Assembly: GCA_963826115.1 (NCBI GenBank)
Contig: CAWGVS010000007.1
Span: 64,001 to 128,000 of the forward strand
Length of the DNA stretch: 64,000 nt
Direction: 5' to 3'
From: an uncultured Candidatus Rokubacteria bacterium
GTDB lineage: Bacteria; Methylomirabilota; Methylomirabilia; Rokubacteriales; DASRDR01
In this document: in pieces, positions 1 through 8,832 of the stretch
Layout: each line of letters starts with the position of its first letter
How positions within the stretch are numbered: the first letter of the stretch is position 1
Program-made: the position numbers and the translations under genes
Notes under the pieces: model-generated
Told to the model about the DNA's origin: nothing
The model's database searches: none
What the model saw: only the letters and a program-made list of their open reading frames with translations

Positions 1-457
1 CGTCGGCGTAGCTCTGGACCTTGCCCTTCTTGACCGCGACCAGCATGACCTCGAGCTGCGGCCCGTCCTGGCGAAGGATCTGGAAGTCGATGTTGACGTC
101 GTCGATGTCGAAGGGGATGTGCTGCTCGGCCTCCCAGCGGATCGACTCGCCGAGCTCGCTCTCCGACATCTTCGGCAGGTTGACGCGCTTCGCGATGACG
201 GAGCCACCCGACACGCCGATCACCGCCTCGGTGGCCTGGACGCCGCCCTGCACGAGCGCCTGCCGGATGGCCTGCTGCACCGCGTCCGGCTGCTTCACTT
301 CCCCGCCCTGGATCGCTCCCGCGGGGATGTGGGCGATGCCGAACCCGGCCAGCTCGTAGCCTGACCCCTTCGGCTTGAGCTCGACCACCTTGACCGCGCT
401 CGTGCCGATGTCGAGGCCGACGACTTCCGGTCGCTTCTTCTTCTTCCAGAACGTCAT
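1..457 (-). CDS. pilM: Type IV pilus assembly ATPase-like protein PilM (5' part; runs off the window start)
   Basis: Not in the ORF track. Manual translation gives MTFWKKKKRPEVVGLDIGTSAVKVVEL...SESELAESIRWEAEQHIPFDIDDVNIDFQIL; GAGGA RBS upstream. Confidence 0.93.
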   Translation of the reverse strand, partial: MTFWKKKKRPEVVGLDIGTSAVKVVELKPKGSGYELAGFGIAHIPAGAIQGGEVKQPDAVQQAIRQALVQGGVQATEAVIGVSGGSVIAKRVNLPKMSESELGESIRWEAEQHIPFDIDDVNIDFQILRQDGPQLEVMLVAVKKGKVQSYAD

Positions 458-572
458 GGGTTATTCCTCACTGCCCGCGAGTCTCCACCAGCCCCCGCGA
501 AAACCCAAAGCTATTTTTTTCGACTCTTCCACTGTGTTGTTTACAGATCTTGGTAGTTATTAAGTGTACGTG

Positions 573-601
573 AGTATGACTCGCAGGTTCAGGGGAGTCA
601 A
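573..601 (-). promoter_or_regulatory. Sigma70-type promoter upstream of pilM
   Basis: TTGACT-N17-CATACT on the minus strand in an AT-rich intergenic region. Confidence 0.55.
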
Positions 602-641
602 GTTTTAAAACGTCCAGGAAAACGAGGCAGTTACGAGACGG

Positions 642-1964
642 CTAGCCGCGCTTGCGGCCGGCCAGAAGCCCGCGAACGGTGGTCAGGAACTCCTGAATGT
701 CGAACGGCTTCGAGATCACCAGGTCGACGCCGAGCTCCCTCGCGCGACGCGTTGCGCGCGCGCGATCGAACCCCGAGAGGATCACGACGGGCGTGGCCGC
801 GTCGACCTGCTTGACGGCCTCCACGACCTCCCATCCCGGAACGTCCGGCATGCCGAGATCCGTGATGACGAGATCGTACGGGCCCTCGCGCTCCCGGACC
901 TTGGCGATCCCCTCGAGCCCCGAGCCCGCGAGCGTCACCGCGTAGGCGGCGCCGCGCAGCATGTCCCCCACCGCCGTGCGCACCGTCTCGTCGTCGTCGA
1001 CCAGCAGCACCTGCGGGCGGTCCGTCTCGGCGGCCGTGACCAGAGGCGGCGCGCCTTCGCCGGCCGTGGGGAGGCGCAGCGTGACGGCGGTGCCGCGGCC
1101 CTCCTCGCTGTCGACCGTGGCGTCACCGCCGTGGCGGGCCATCACGCCGTACACCATCGAGAGTCCGAGACCCAGGCCCGTCTCGCCCTTCGTGGAGAAG
1201 AACGGCTCGAACGCGCGCCGGCGCACGGTCTCGGACATGCCCACACCGGTGTCCGACACCGACACGGTCGCGCGGCCGGCGTCGAGCCCGGTGCGGATGG
1301 TGATGGTGCCGCCGCGCGGCATCGCGTCCACGGCGTTGTGCAGGAGCTGCACGACGGCCTCGAGGAGCTCGGACTCCGCGCCGATGAGCTGAGCGTGCGG
1401 TCCGAAGTGGGTGATCAGCTCGATGGGGGTCCCGCGCGAGCTCGGCTCGTCCCGCCACCGCGCTCGCGTCTGCTCGACCGCGCGCTGGACGATGTCGTTC
1501 AGGTCCACGGGGGCGAAGGGCTCGGCCGGCCGCGAGCGACTGAACTCCTGGATCCGCGAGAGGGCGTCGATCCCCGTCCGCGTGGCGGCCTCGATCTCGT
1601 GGAGCCCGGAGGCGATCTCGCGGGACTTCTCCCGGGACGCGCGCTTCACGAGGAGCTGCGTTCGGCCGAGGATCCCCGCCAGGACGTTGTTGAAGACGTG
1701 CCCGACTCCGCCCGCCATGTTCAGGAGGGCCTGCATCTTTTCGTCGATGGGGACGCGGCCCGCCCGCGCGGCCATCTGGTCCTGCGCGTTCTCCAGCTCC
1801 TCGAGCCGCCGGCGGAGCCTCCGGAGCTCCTCCTCGTCGATCTGGGTGGTGTCGCGAAGGACCTCGCGGACCACCTCCCGATCGACGGGGACCTCGCGCA
1901 CGATCTCCACGGGGACGTCGCGGACGATCTCCCGGACGACCTCTACCGGGACCTCGCGGATCAC
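642..1964 (-). CDS. Hybrid sensor histidine kinase, C-terminal part (end of VPV repeats, coiled coil, HisKA, HATPase_c, REC)
   Basis: H-box-like GVGHVFNNVL, N-box LLHNAVDA, G1 DTGVGM, F-box FEPFFSTK, G2 GLGLGL; receiver LLVDDD...ITDLGMP...ISKPF. Confidence 0.9.
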   Translation of the reverse strand: MIREVPVEVVREIVRDVPVEIVREVPVDREVVREVLRDTTQIDEEELRRLRRRLEELENAQDQMAARAGRVPIDEKMQALLNMAGGVGHVFNNVLAGILGRTQLLVKRASREKSREIASGLHEIEAATRTGIDALSRIQEFSRSRPAEPFAPVDLNDIVQRAVEQTRARWRDEPSSRGTPIELITHFGPHAQLIGAESELLEAVVQLLHNAVDAMPRGGTITIRTGLDAGRATVSVSDTGVGMSETVRRRAFEPFFSTKGETGLGLGLSMVYGVMARHGGDATVDSEEGRGTAVTLRLPTAGEGAPPLVTAAETDRPQVLLVDDDETVRTAVGDMLRGAAYAVTLAGSGLEGIAKVREREGPYDLVITDLGMPDVPGWEVVEAVKQVDAATPVVILSGFDRARATRRARELGVDLVISKPFDIQEFLTTVRGLLAGRKRG

Positions 1965-2644
1965 CTCCCGGTCGACCGGAACCTCCCGAGCCGTCGAACC
2001 ACCTCGACCTCGCGGATCACCTCGACGGGCACTTCGCGCACGACTTCGCGGTCGACCGGCACCTCCCGGATGATCTCCTTCAGGAACTCCACGGGGACTT
2101 GAACCGGGACCTCCCGGAGCACCTCGACCTCGCGGATGACCTCGACCGGCACCTCCCGCACGACCTCGACGGCCACCTCGCGCACGACTTCCCGGTCGAC
2201 GGGGACTTCGCGGACGACCTCCACTTCACGCACCACCTCGACCGGGACTTCCCGCACGACTTCCCGGTCAACGGGGACTTCGCGGACGACCTCCACTTCA
2301 CGCACCACCTCGACCGGGACTTCTCGCACGACTTCCCGGTCGACGGGGACCTCGCGCACCACCTCTCGGAGGAACTCCACGGGCACCTGGACCGGGACCT
2401 CCCGGACGACCTCCACCTCGCGGACGACCTCGACCGGGACCTCCCGGACGACCTCCCGGTCGACCGGCACCTCGCGCACGACTTCGCGGTCGACCGGGAC
2501 CTCCCGCACGACCTCGACTTCGCGGATCACCTCGACGGGTACTTCCCGGACGACCTCGCGGTCGACCGGGACCTCCCGCACGACCTCGACTTCGCGGATC
2601 ACCTCGACGGGCACCTCGCGGACGACCTCCTTCACGACCTCCAC
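1858..2644 (-). repeat. Coding tandem repeat (REVPVDREVV / REVPVEVI / REVEVV units)
   Basis: Directly visible; synonymous third-position variation between units shows that the minus strand is the coding strand. Confidence 0.95.
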
Positions 2645-3484
2645 GGCCGAGGCGGCCGGGGCCGGCTGGGCGGCCTTCATCGAGGACGCGAGGATACCGG
2701 CTGCGAGCTGGGAGGCCAGGAGCTCGTCGGGCGTCGCAGCGCTGTCGCCCGACCGGCCGACAAGCAAGAGGCCCAGCACGGCGTCGCCCGCGCGGAGAGG
2801 CAGCACGCCCGCGGTCCCGACACCCTTGCTCGGCCGCGTGAGCCACAGCGGCTCGCCCCGCCCAAGCACCTGCTTGACCTTGTCGGCCGGCAGCCGCGAC
2901 AGCGCCATGCTCTCGGGCGCAGCCACGACCCAGGACAAGGCCCCATCCGCGGCCGACAAGGCCAGGGCGGCCCACTCCATCCCCGTGGCCCGCGCCAGGC
3001 TCGGAAGGAGCGCCTTGACCGCTTCGTCGGGCGCGCCGCCGTGCCGGAGCGCCTCCTGGAGCGCCGCGGCCAGCGGCTCGAGCAGATGGAGACCGTCCGT
3101 CGCGGCCGGCGCAGCGACTCCCGCCTCGCCGCCACCCGGAACGACCTCGGCCTTCTTCAGGAGGTCCATGAGGAGCCTCGCCCCACGGACGCTCATCACC
3201 TCGACACCGGGCGGCTTGATGGACAGGAGCCGCTCGTATTGCCGCTCGTCGCCGCTGACCTCGAGGACGAGATTGGCCTCGGTCTTGAATACCTCCATCG
3301 CGTTCTTGACGACCTGCAGATGGAGGGTGCGTGCGAGCTTGCCCCCCTCGGAGCGATCGCTCGCGTCCGCGACAATCGCGATGGTGACCCCCGAAACGGT
3401 TCGCAGGGACTCGATGGCCTGGACGAGGTGAATCCCCGTCCCGACCAGCCCTACCTTGTATCCGGTACTCGGGGGCGGCGGCAT
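1961..3484 (-). CDS. Sensor N-terminal part: Rossmann-like domain, GAF-like domain and long VPV repeat (probably frameshifted from 642..1964)
   Basis: KVGLVGTG...IVAD start; GAF-like VLPLRAGDAVLGLLLVG; then ~215 aa of REVPV(D/E) repeats that continue in another frame after ~1990. Confidence 0.75.
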   Translation of the reverse strand: MPPPPSTGYKVGLVGTGIHLVQAIESLRTVSGVTIAIVADASDRSEGGKLARTLHLQVVKNAMEVFKTEANLVLEVSGDERQYERLLSIKPPGVEVMSVRGARLLMDLLKKAEVVPGGGEAGVAAPAATDGLHLLEPLAAALQEALRHGGAPDEAVKALLPSLARATGMEWAALALSAADGALSWVVAAPESMALSRLPADKVKQVLGRGEPLWLTRPSKGVGTAGVLPLRAGDAVLGLLLVGRSGDSAATPDELLASQLAAGILASSMKAAQPAPAASAVEVVKEVVREVPVEVIREVEVVREVPVDREVVREVPVEVIREVEVVREVPVDREVVREVPVDREVVREVPVEVVREVEVVREVPVQVPVEFLREVVREVPVDREVVREVPVEVVREVEVVREVPVDREVVREVPVEVVREVEVVREVPVDREVVREVAVEVVREVPVEVIREVEVLREVPVQVPVEFLKEIIREVPVDREVVREVPVEVIREVEVVRRLGRFRSTGR

Positions 3485-3536
3485 GGGAGCATTATACGCA
3501 GGGGGCCTCAGACTCGAAGATGTTGTGAAACATTCG

Positions 3537-3566
3537 AAAATGCCCTTCGGAAGCGCCTTCGGGGGC
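3537..3566 (-). terminator. Possible intrinsic terminator after the pilX-like gene
   Basis: Imperfect GC stem GCCCCCGAAG-GCG-CTTCCGAAGGGC followed by ATTTT on the minus strand. Confidence 0.35.
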
Positions 3567-5125
3567 TATCGGCAAGGGGTCCCGCCGGTGGTGTCCGCCG
3601 CGTAGTCCGCACACACGCTGATCGACTTGCGGATCAGGATCACAGCGCGGCCCGGGCCGGCCGGGAACCCCGGGGGTGGGGAGGCGCCGCCGTAGGTCGG
3701 GTCATAGGTGAACCGGGTGTCGGCGGACTGGGTCTGGATCTCGAACGCCACGACCCCGCCGTCCAGGGCGATGGGACCGAATCCGACGTGCCCGCCGGAG
3801 TACACGATGCCGTGAACCTCGCTCCCGGTCCCACTTCCCATATCGGCCACCGTTTCCTGAGGCGCCAACGGATTCGCCGAGGGCGCCGGCAGCCGGGGGT
3901 CGTAAACGAGGTACGCAAGGGGGTAGCCGTACACGGGCCGCCCGTGGGCCACGTTCGTCGGCTCCGCCCGCGCGATCGCCTGGGTCCCGTGCCGGAGGTC
4001 GTCGTTCCCGCCGCCGTCGCCCTCCACCACGACGACCCCGTGCACCGCGTCGTGCGCCACCGAGAAGGTCCCGTCCATCACGTACAGGTTCCGGCCGTCG
4101 CCCGGAGCGCCGACGCTCCCGTGGCCGTCCCACGTCACCGCGCCGACGAAGACCATTCCGCTGTGGGCGCCGCAGGCGCCGGACGCGGCGCTGTGGTAGC
4201 GCTCCGGGTCGGCGAGCCGCGGGTCCCCGGCGGGCACGCACGCTCGCCGCGTCGGCACGCAGACCGGCGCCTCGCAGGGCGTGGTCAGCGCGCAGTCGAA
4301 GTAGCCGCGGAAGGTGACGCCACCGAACGTGCCGCAGTCGCCGCGCGCGGCATCACCCTGCACGACGAGCCGCTTGCCCGGCGGATACGGGTAGGCGTAG
4401 GTCTGTCCGGGAGGACAGTTCGCCTCGGTCTCGTGGTGGAGCGTCACGTCGATCACGGAGCATCCGAGCTGGGGGCGCGGTAGGTCGTCGTAGGCCGCGG
4501 GGCCGCCGGAGGACTCGTTCGGGTCGGCCGGCGCGATCGCCGGGCGGCCGTTCCGGCCCGCGGGCTCGTTGCAGTGGCCCGGCGGGTTGTCCCGGCTCGA
4601 ACTCGCGCACACGTGCTTCCAGGGGTGATCGATCGCGACCAACGCCCGCACTCGCGCCCGCCCGAGGCCGCTTCCAGCTTCTGCCCAAGCGGTGAGCACC
4701 GCGGTCTCGTTCGCATCGCGGGCCGGCGCGGCACCGCTACACGCCGGGTCCTGGATCGCCGGGGGCACGAGGGGGCTGCAGTCGTTGTCGACGACGGCGG
4801 AGTAGCGGCCGGCGCCCAGCGCGGCGTCCGCGGAGAGCAGGGACGCCAGCCCGGCCCCGCATCCCCACGCGGCCGAGCGCCCCGGATCCGTCCACCGCGT
4901 GAACCCGCACGGGTCCCCGGCGGCCGGCCGCAGGTGGTCCCGTCCGCGCTCGAGGCCGGCCTCGGCGAGGGCCTCGGCCTGCGCCTGGGCCTTGTAGCTC
5001 GCCCCGGTCGTCACCTCGATCCGGGACAGCAGCGCGAACGAGAAGCTCAAGATGCCGAGGACGAGCATGGCGACGACGGCCAGGACGAGAACCGATCCGC
5101 GCTGGTCGGCTCCGATCGCGTGCAT
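3566..5125 (-). CDS. PilX-like minor pilin with a large Cys-rich C-terminal region
   Basis: MHAIGADQRG|SVLVLAVVAMLVLGIL (no E5, as is typical of PilX); QAEALAEAGLERG motif; GGAGG RBS. Confidence 0.8.
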   Translation of the reverse strand: MHAIGADQRGSVLVLAVVAMLVLGILSFSFALLSRIEVTTGASYKAQAQAEALAEAGLERGRDHLRPAAGDPCGFTRWTDPGRSAAWGCGAGLASLLSADAALGAGRYSAVVDNDCSPLVPPAIQDPACSGAAPARDANETAVLTAWAEAGSGLGRARVRALVAIDHPWKHVCASSSRDNPPGHCNEPAGRNGRPAIAPADPNESSGGPAAYDDLPRPQLGCSVIDVTLHHETEANCPPGQTYAYPYPPGKRLVVQGDAARGDCGTFGGVTFRGYFDCALTTPCEAPVCVPTRRACVPAGDPRLADPERYHSAASGACGAHSGMVFVGAVTWDGHGSVGAPGDGRNLYVMDGTFSVAHDAVHGVVVVEGDGGGNDDLRHGTQAIARAEPTNVAHGRPVYGYPLAYLVYDPRLPAPSANPLAPQETVADMGSGTGSEVHGIVYSGGHVGFGPIALDGGVVAFEIQTQSADTRFTYDPTYGGASPPPGFPAGPGRAVILIRKSISVCADYAADTTGGTPCR

Positions 5126-5136
5126 GGCGTCCTCCG

Positions 5137-5961
5137 CTAGGAGCGGTTGCGGAGCGTGACTTCGGTGGCGAGCGTTCGGCTGAGCGTCTGCCCCGCCACC
5201 CGCTGGCGCGCCGTCACCGAGATCCGGATCCGGCCGACGTTGTCGGCCTCGGCCTGGCTCGCGAGCGGCAGAGAGAGCGGACGGTCGCACGCACCGGCCA
5301 CCCCTGCGCACGGCCCGAAGCCCGCGCGCGGGTAGTACGTGAAGGCGAGCTCGTCGACGTCCACCGCCACCAGCGCCGCCGGGCCCGTGCCGTCGTCCCG
5401 CGTGACGCACCGGGGCACTCCCGGCGGGCAGCTCGCGGTGGAGAGTGCGTAGACCACGTCCTCCTCGCCTCGATCTGCGGTCGACGCCGGCGCCGTCACC
5501 GCGTTGTCCAGACCGGCGATCCGCCCGTTGTGGTTGCGGTCGGAGCGGACGCGCAGCGTCGTGGCGGTCGCCTGAGCGAACGGGATGGCGTGCACACCAG
5601 AGCATCCCGAGCCGCCGAGCCCGTTGGGCGCGTCCCAGGCCGGGGTTCCGGACCCGCCGAGCCGAGCGGCGCAGCGCGCCACCTTGGCGCCGTCGCAATC
5701 CTGCGACGCGGCGGTCACGAAGTCGAACGCGCAGACCGTGGCATCCCGGCCCGCCGCCCGGATCTCCCGGGCCATGAAGTCCAGCGCCGCCCGCACGTTC
5801 TGCTGCATCTCGGCCGATTCCAGCCCGACGAGGTACGCCTCCTGGGCCTTGCCCCAGGCGCCGGCCACGCCCGCCATCATCAGGGCGAGGAGCGCCAGGA
5901 CGATGACCAGCTCGGTGAGACCGACCCCGCGTCCGTCGCGCGCCACCGCCCGTCTCGACAT
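5137..5961 (-). CDS. PilW-like minor pilin
   Basis: DGRG|VGLTELVIVLALL; MQQNVRAALDFMAREIRAAG; C-terminal RTLATEVTLRN. Confidence 0.85.
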   Translation of the reverse strand: MSRRAVARDGRGVGLTELVIVLALLALMMAGVAGAWGKAQEAYLVGLESAEMQQNVRAALDFMAREIRAAGRDATVCAFDFVTAASQDCDGAKVARCAARLGGSGTPAWDAPNGLGGSGCSGVHAIPFAQATATTLRVRSDRNHNGRIAGLDNAVTAPASTADRGEEDVVYALSTASCPPGVPRCVTRDDGTGPAALVAVDVDELAFTYYPRAGFGPCAGVAGACDRPLSLPLASQAEADNVGRIRISVTARQRVAGQTLSRTLATEVTLRNRS

Positions 5962-5975
5962 GTCGCCCCTCCCGC

Positions 5976-6395
5976 TCAGTTGGACCGGATCGTCACGAGG
6001 GTGGTGCGGTGGACGGCGCCGGGCCCCGCGCCGCCGAACTCGACCACGGCGGTGATCGTCGTGCTGGTCGGCGTCGGCACGCCGCTCTCCACCGCGACGC
6101 ATCGGCCGAATCCGGCGAGAGCCGCCACCGGACGCAGCCCGGCGTCGCAATCGGCGGGGGGCGGCGCCGACGACCCGTCGAAGCTCAGGCTCGGCAGACT
6201 CGCGTAGTCCACACTCTGGGCGCGCTCGATCGCCTCCTGGGCGAGGAGCGTCGCCGTGGTCTGGACGCCGGCGGCGACGATTCCATACAGGGAGTACGGG
6301 ATCGCAGCCGCCAGCACGAGGAGCGCCACCGCCATGAGCACCATGGCCACCATCAGCTCCACCAGGCTGACACCCCGCTGATTCTGCGTATTCAC
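5976..6395 (-). CDS. PilV-like minor pilin
   Basis: GTG start, NQRG|VSLVELMVAMVLMAV; TATLLAQEAIE motif. Confidence 0.82.
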   Translation of the reverse strand: MNTQNQRGVSLVELMVAMVLMAVALLVLAAAIPYSLYGIVAAGVQTTATLLAQEAIERAQSVDYASLPSLSFDGSSAPPPADCDAGLRPVAALAGFGRCVAVESGVPTPTSTTITAVVEFGGAGPGAVHRTTLVTIRSN

Positions 6396-6606
6396 GGCTT
6401 CTCTCCCGCTCTCCGTCGGAGTTCCCCGCGTCCCTCCGCCCCGGCGTGATCCACGGCCACCGGATCGGGACACTGCTCCGGAGTGCAAGCGATGGGCCGA
6501 GGGCTCGAGCACCGCGCGTGGCGCGCCGGCGCTCAACGATGGCGGCGACGTCTAGCGGTGTGGGAGGCGCGGAGACGACGACATCCGTCCGCCGGGGGTG
6601 GGCGGA

Positions 6607-7503
6607 TCAGCTGGCCGTGGGGACCTCGTCGCTCTTGGGGGGGTAGCCGGTGACGCGGTTCCGGCCCGCGCGCTTCGACCCGTAGAGGGCCTCGTCGGCC
6701 GCCCAGACGATCTCGTCCGAGTTCCGGCCGTCCTGAGGAAACGCGGCGAGACCGATGCTGACCGTGATGGGGTTCAGGCTGTCGGGCGCCATGACGCTCG
6801 ACTCGACCCGCCGGCGGAACCGCTCGGCGAACACGAGCGCGTCGGACTTGCCCGTCTCGGGCAGGATGAAGGCGAACTCCTCGCCGCCGACACGGCACGG
6901 CACGTCGCCCTCGCGCGAGGCCGAGCGCATGAGAGCCCCGAGGGCGCGCAGCACGGCGTCGCCCTTGGGATGGCCGAACTCGTCGTTGAACTTCTTGAAG
7001 CCGTCGATGTCGATCATCAGCAGGCTGAACGCGTGGCCGAAGCGGCTGGACCGGCTGATCTCCTCGCGGAGTCGCAGGTCGAAGTTCCGCCGGTTCCCGA
7101 CCTCCGTGAGCTCATCGGTGTGCGACATCTCCCGGAGCCGGAAGTTGGCCAGGCGGAGCTCCTCGACGATCCCGTCCGCCCGGGCGCCGCTCATCCGTAG
7201 CCGCTCGAGCTCCTCGTCGAGGCTCCGCTGCATGTGCCCGAGGACGTCGCTGTAGATCATGTAGAAGCCGGCGAGCTCGAGGAACGCGAGGATCGCGAGG
7301 AGCGCGAAGAAGACGGGCGCCCCCTTCGGATAGAGGGGCGCGTTCGCGGTCGACGGCAGCATGACCGGGAGGCCCAGGTAGATGAGGAACAGCAGCGGGA
7401 GCAGCCCCGCCATGAGGAAGGCAAAGAGGAACTTCTTCCGGATGTCGCGCCCGGGCAGCACCACCCGGGGTCGGCCGGGCCGAGTCGGCTCCCGCTCAGC
7501 CAA
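6607..7503 (-). CDS. Membrane-anchored diguanylate cyclase (2 TM + GGDEF)
   Basis: DELTEVGNRR, DIDGFKKFNDEFGH, RxxD I-site (REGD) and GGEEF. TTG start overlaps the pilD stop; start position uncertain. Confidence 0.9.
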   Translation of the reverse strand: MAEREPTRPGRPRVVLPGRDIRKKFLFAFLMAGLLPLLFLIYLGLPVMLPSTANAPLYPKGAPVFFALLAILAFLELAGFYMIYSDVLGHMQRSLDEELERLRMSGARADGIVEELRLANFRLREMSHTDELTEVGNRRNFDLRLREEISRSSRFGHAFSLLMIDIDGFKKFNDEFGHPKGDAVLRALGALMRSASREGDVPCRVGGEEFAFILPETGKSDALVFAERFRRRVESSVMAPDSLNPITVSIGLAAFPQDGRNSDEIVWAADEALYGSKRAGRNRVTGYPPKSDEVPTAS

Positions 7504-8527
7504 GGTACCACTCCATGATGGGCCGGCCCCAGACGGCCGCCACGATCCCGCCGGCCGCCAGGAAGGGCCCGAAGGGCAGGTACTCGCCGAAGCGCCGGCG
7601 CCCCGAGACGAGCAGCCCCGCCGCCACCACGCCGCCCAGCATGATACCGACGAACGCGGCCACGAGCCCGCCGCCCACGCCGAGCGCCGCACCGATGAGT
7701 CCCGCGAGCTTGATGTCGCCCCCGCCCAGGCCCGTGCGTCCGAGCACCGCGTAGCTCACCCAGGCGACCACGAAGAACAGGCCGCCCGCGATGATGCAGC
7801 CCGCGACCACGTGGTCGACCTGGGCCAGCACCCTGAACGTCAGCGGCACGTCCGGCATCGTCAGGGTCGCGACGTCCACGACCGCCAGCTGGCGCCCGAC
7901 CAGCGCGCCCCACGCGCCGGCCCAGTAGACGTCGAGGCGCCGGCGCTCCGCGGGATCGACCTCGTCGTCGCCCTCGGGCGCCGGTGGAGGCGGCCCACCT
8001 TGCGCGGCCGCCCGGCGCGCCCGCATCGCCGCGATCAGGCCGAAGACGACCCCGCCCACGATGGCGCCGAGGCTCCCCCGTGAGAGGCCCTCGGGCGCCA
8101 GCACGCAGGCGCCGACCACCGCCGGGAGCGTGATGCGATCCGGGATCCGGCGCGTCTCGAGATCCGTGAACGCCGTCGCCACCATCGCCAGGCAGAGGAG
8201 AAAGACGCGGAACGCCTCCCACGTCGGACCGAGCTGCCACAGCGCCAGCGCGCCCATGAGGATGGCGAGGGCCTCGACCAGCGGGTAGCGCCAGGGGATG
8301 GCCACGCCGCAGGCCCGGCACCGCCCGCCGAGCACGATGTAGGACAGGAGCGGGATGTTGTCGACGGGCCGGATCGGGGTGTGACACTTCGGGCAGTGCG
8401 AAGCGGGCAGGACGATGCTCTCCCCCCGCGGCAGCCGCGAGATGCACACGTTGAGGAAGCTGCCCAGGAGCGCGGCCAGGATGACCCCGGCCGGCCAGGC
8501 CACGACGGGCGGGAGCGTGGTGCTCAC
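7496..8527 (-). CDS. pilD: Prepilin peptidase/N-methyltransferase
   Basis: GSFLNVCISRLP, SHCPKC, GRCRAC, YPLVE, TDLE, GGGDIKL, PFGPFL. Confidence 0.95.
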   Translation of the reverse strand: MSTTLPPVVAWPAGVILAALLGSFLNVCISRLPRGESIVLPASHCPKCHTPIRPVDNIPLLSYIVLGGRCRACGVAIPWRYPLVEALAILMGALALWQLGPTWEAFRVFLLCLAMVATAFTDLETRRIPDRITLPAVVGACVLAPEGLSRGSLGAIVGGVVFGLIAAMRARRAAAQGGPPPPAPEGDDEVDPAERRRLDVYWAGAWGALVGRQLAVVDVATLTMPDVPLTFRVLAQVDHVVAGCIIAGGLFFVVAWVSYAVLGRTGLGGGDIKLAGLIGAALGVGGGLVAAFVGIMLGGVVAAGLLVSGRRRFGEYLPFGPFLAAGGIVAAVWGRPIMEWYLG

Positions 8528-8832
8528 GTCCCGCGCTCCGCGTCAGCCGCGCCGTACCGCTGGATCGCGCGCGCCAGCACCTGGGGCCAGCGGCCGCGGT
8601 CCCGGAGCGCCCCGAAGCCCTCCGGCGCGAGCACCCGCTCGACCTCGGCCCGGCTCACCGACACCTCGCCCTCGCCGCCGGCGAGCACCACCGTGTCGAG
8701 GACCGAGAAGCGCTCGAACACGCGGATCGCGGTCGCGAGCGCCAGGGTCTCGCGCTCGGCGGGCAAGGGGTCCGCCGCGCCCACCCGGAGCGTTACCCCG
8801 GCCAGGCTGACGTTGTCGACCCAGGTCTTCAC
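8524..8832 (-). CDS. Small hypothetical protein (102 aa)
   Basis: GTGA start/stop overlaps with both neighbours; globular-looking composition. Confidence 0.65.
   Translation of the reverse strand: MKTWVDNVSLAGVTLRVGAADPLPAERETLALATAIRVFERFSVLDTVVLAGGEGEVSVSRAEVERVLAPEGFGALRDRGRWPQVLARAIQRYGAADAERGT

Noticed and set aside
1994-2000. GGTTCGA (tRNA T-loop-like) at the frameshift
   Set aside because: No cloverleaf or acceptor stem surrounds it.
1858-2644. Short repeats resembling a CRISPR array, and Thr/Ser/Arg- or Asp/His-rich plus-strand ORFs (2136..3431, 2099..4483)
   Set aside because: There are no unique spacers and units vary at minus-strand wobble positions; the plus-strand ORFs are shadows of the VPV repeat.
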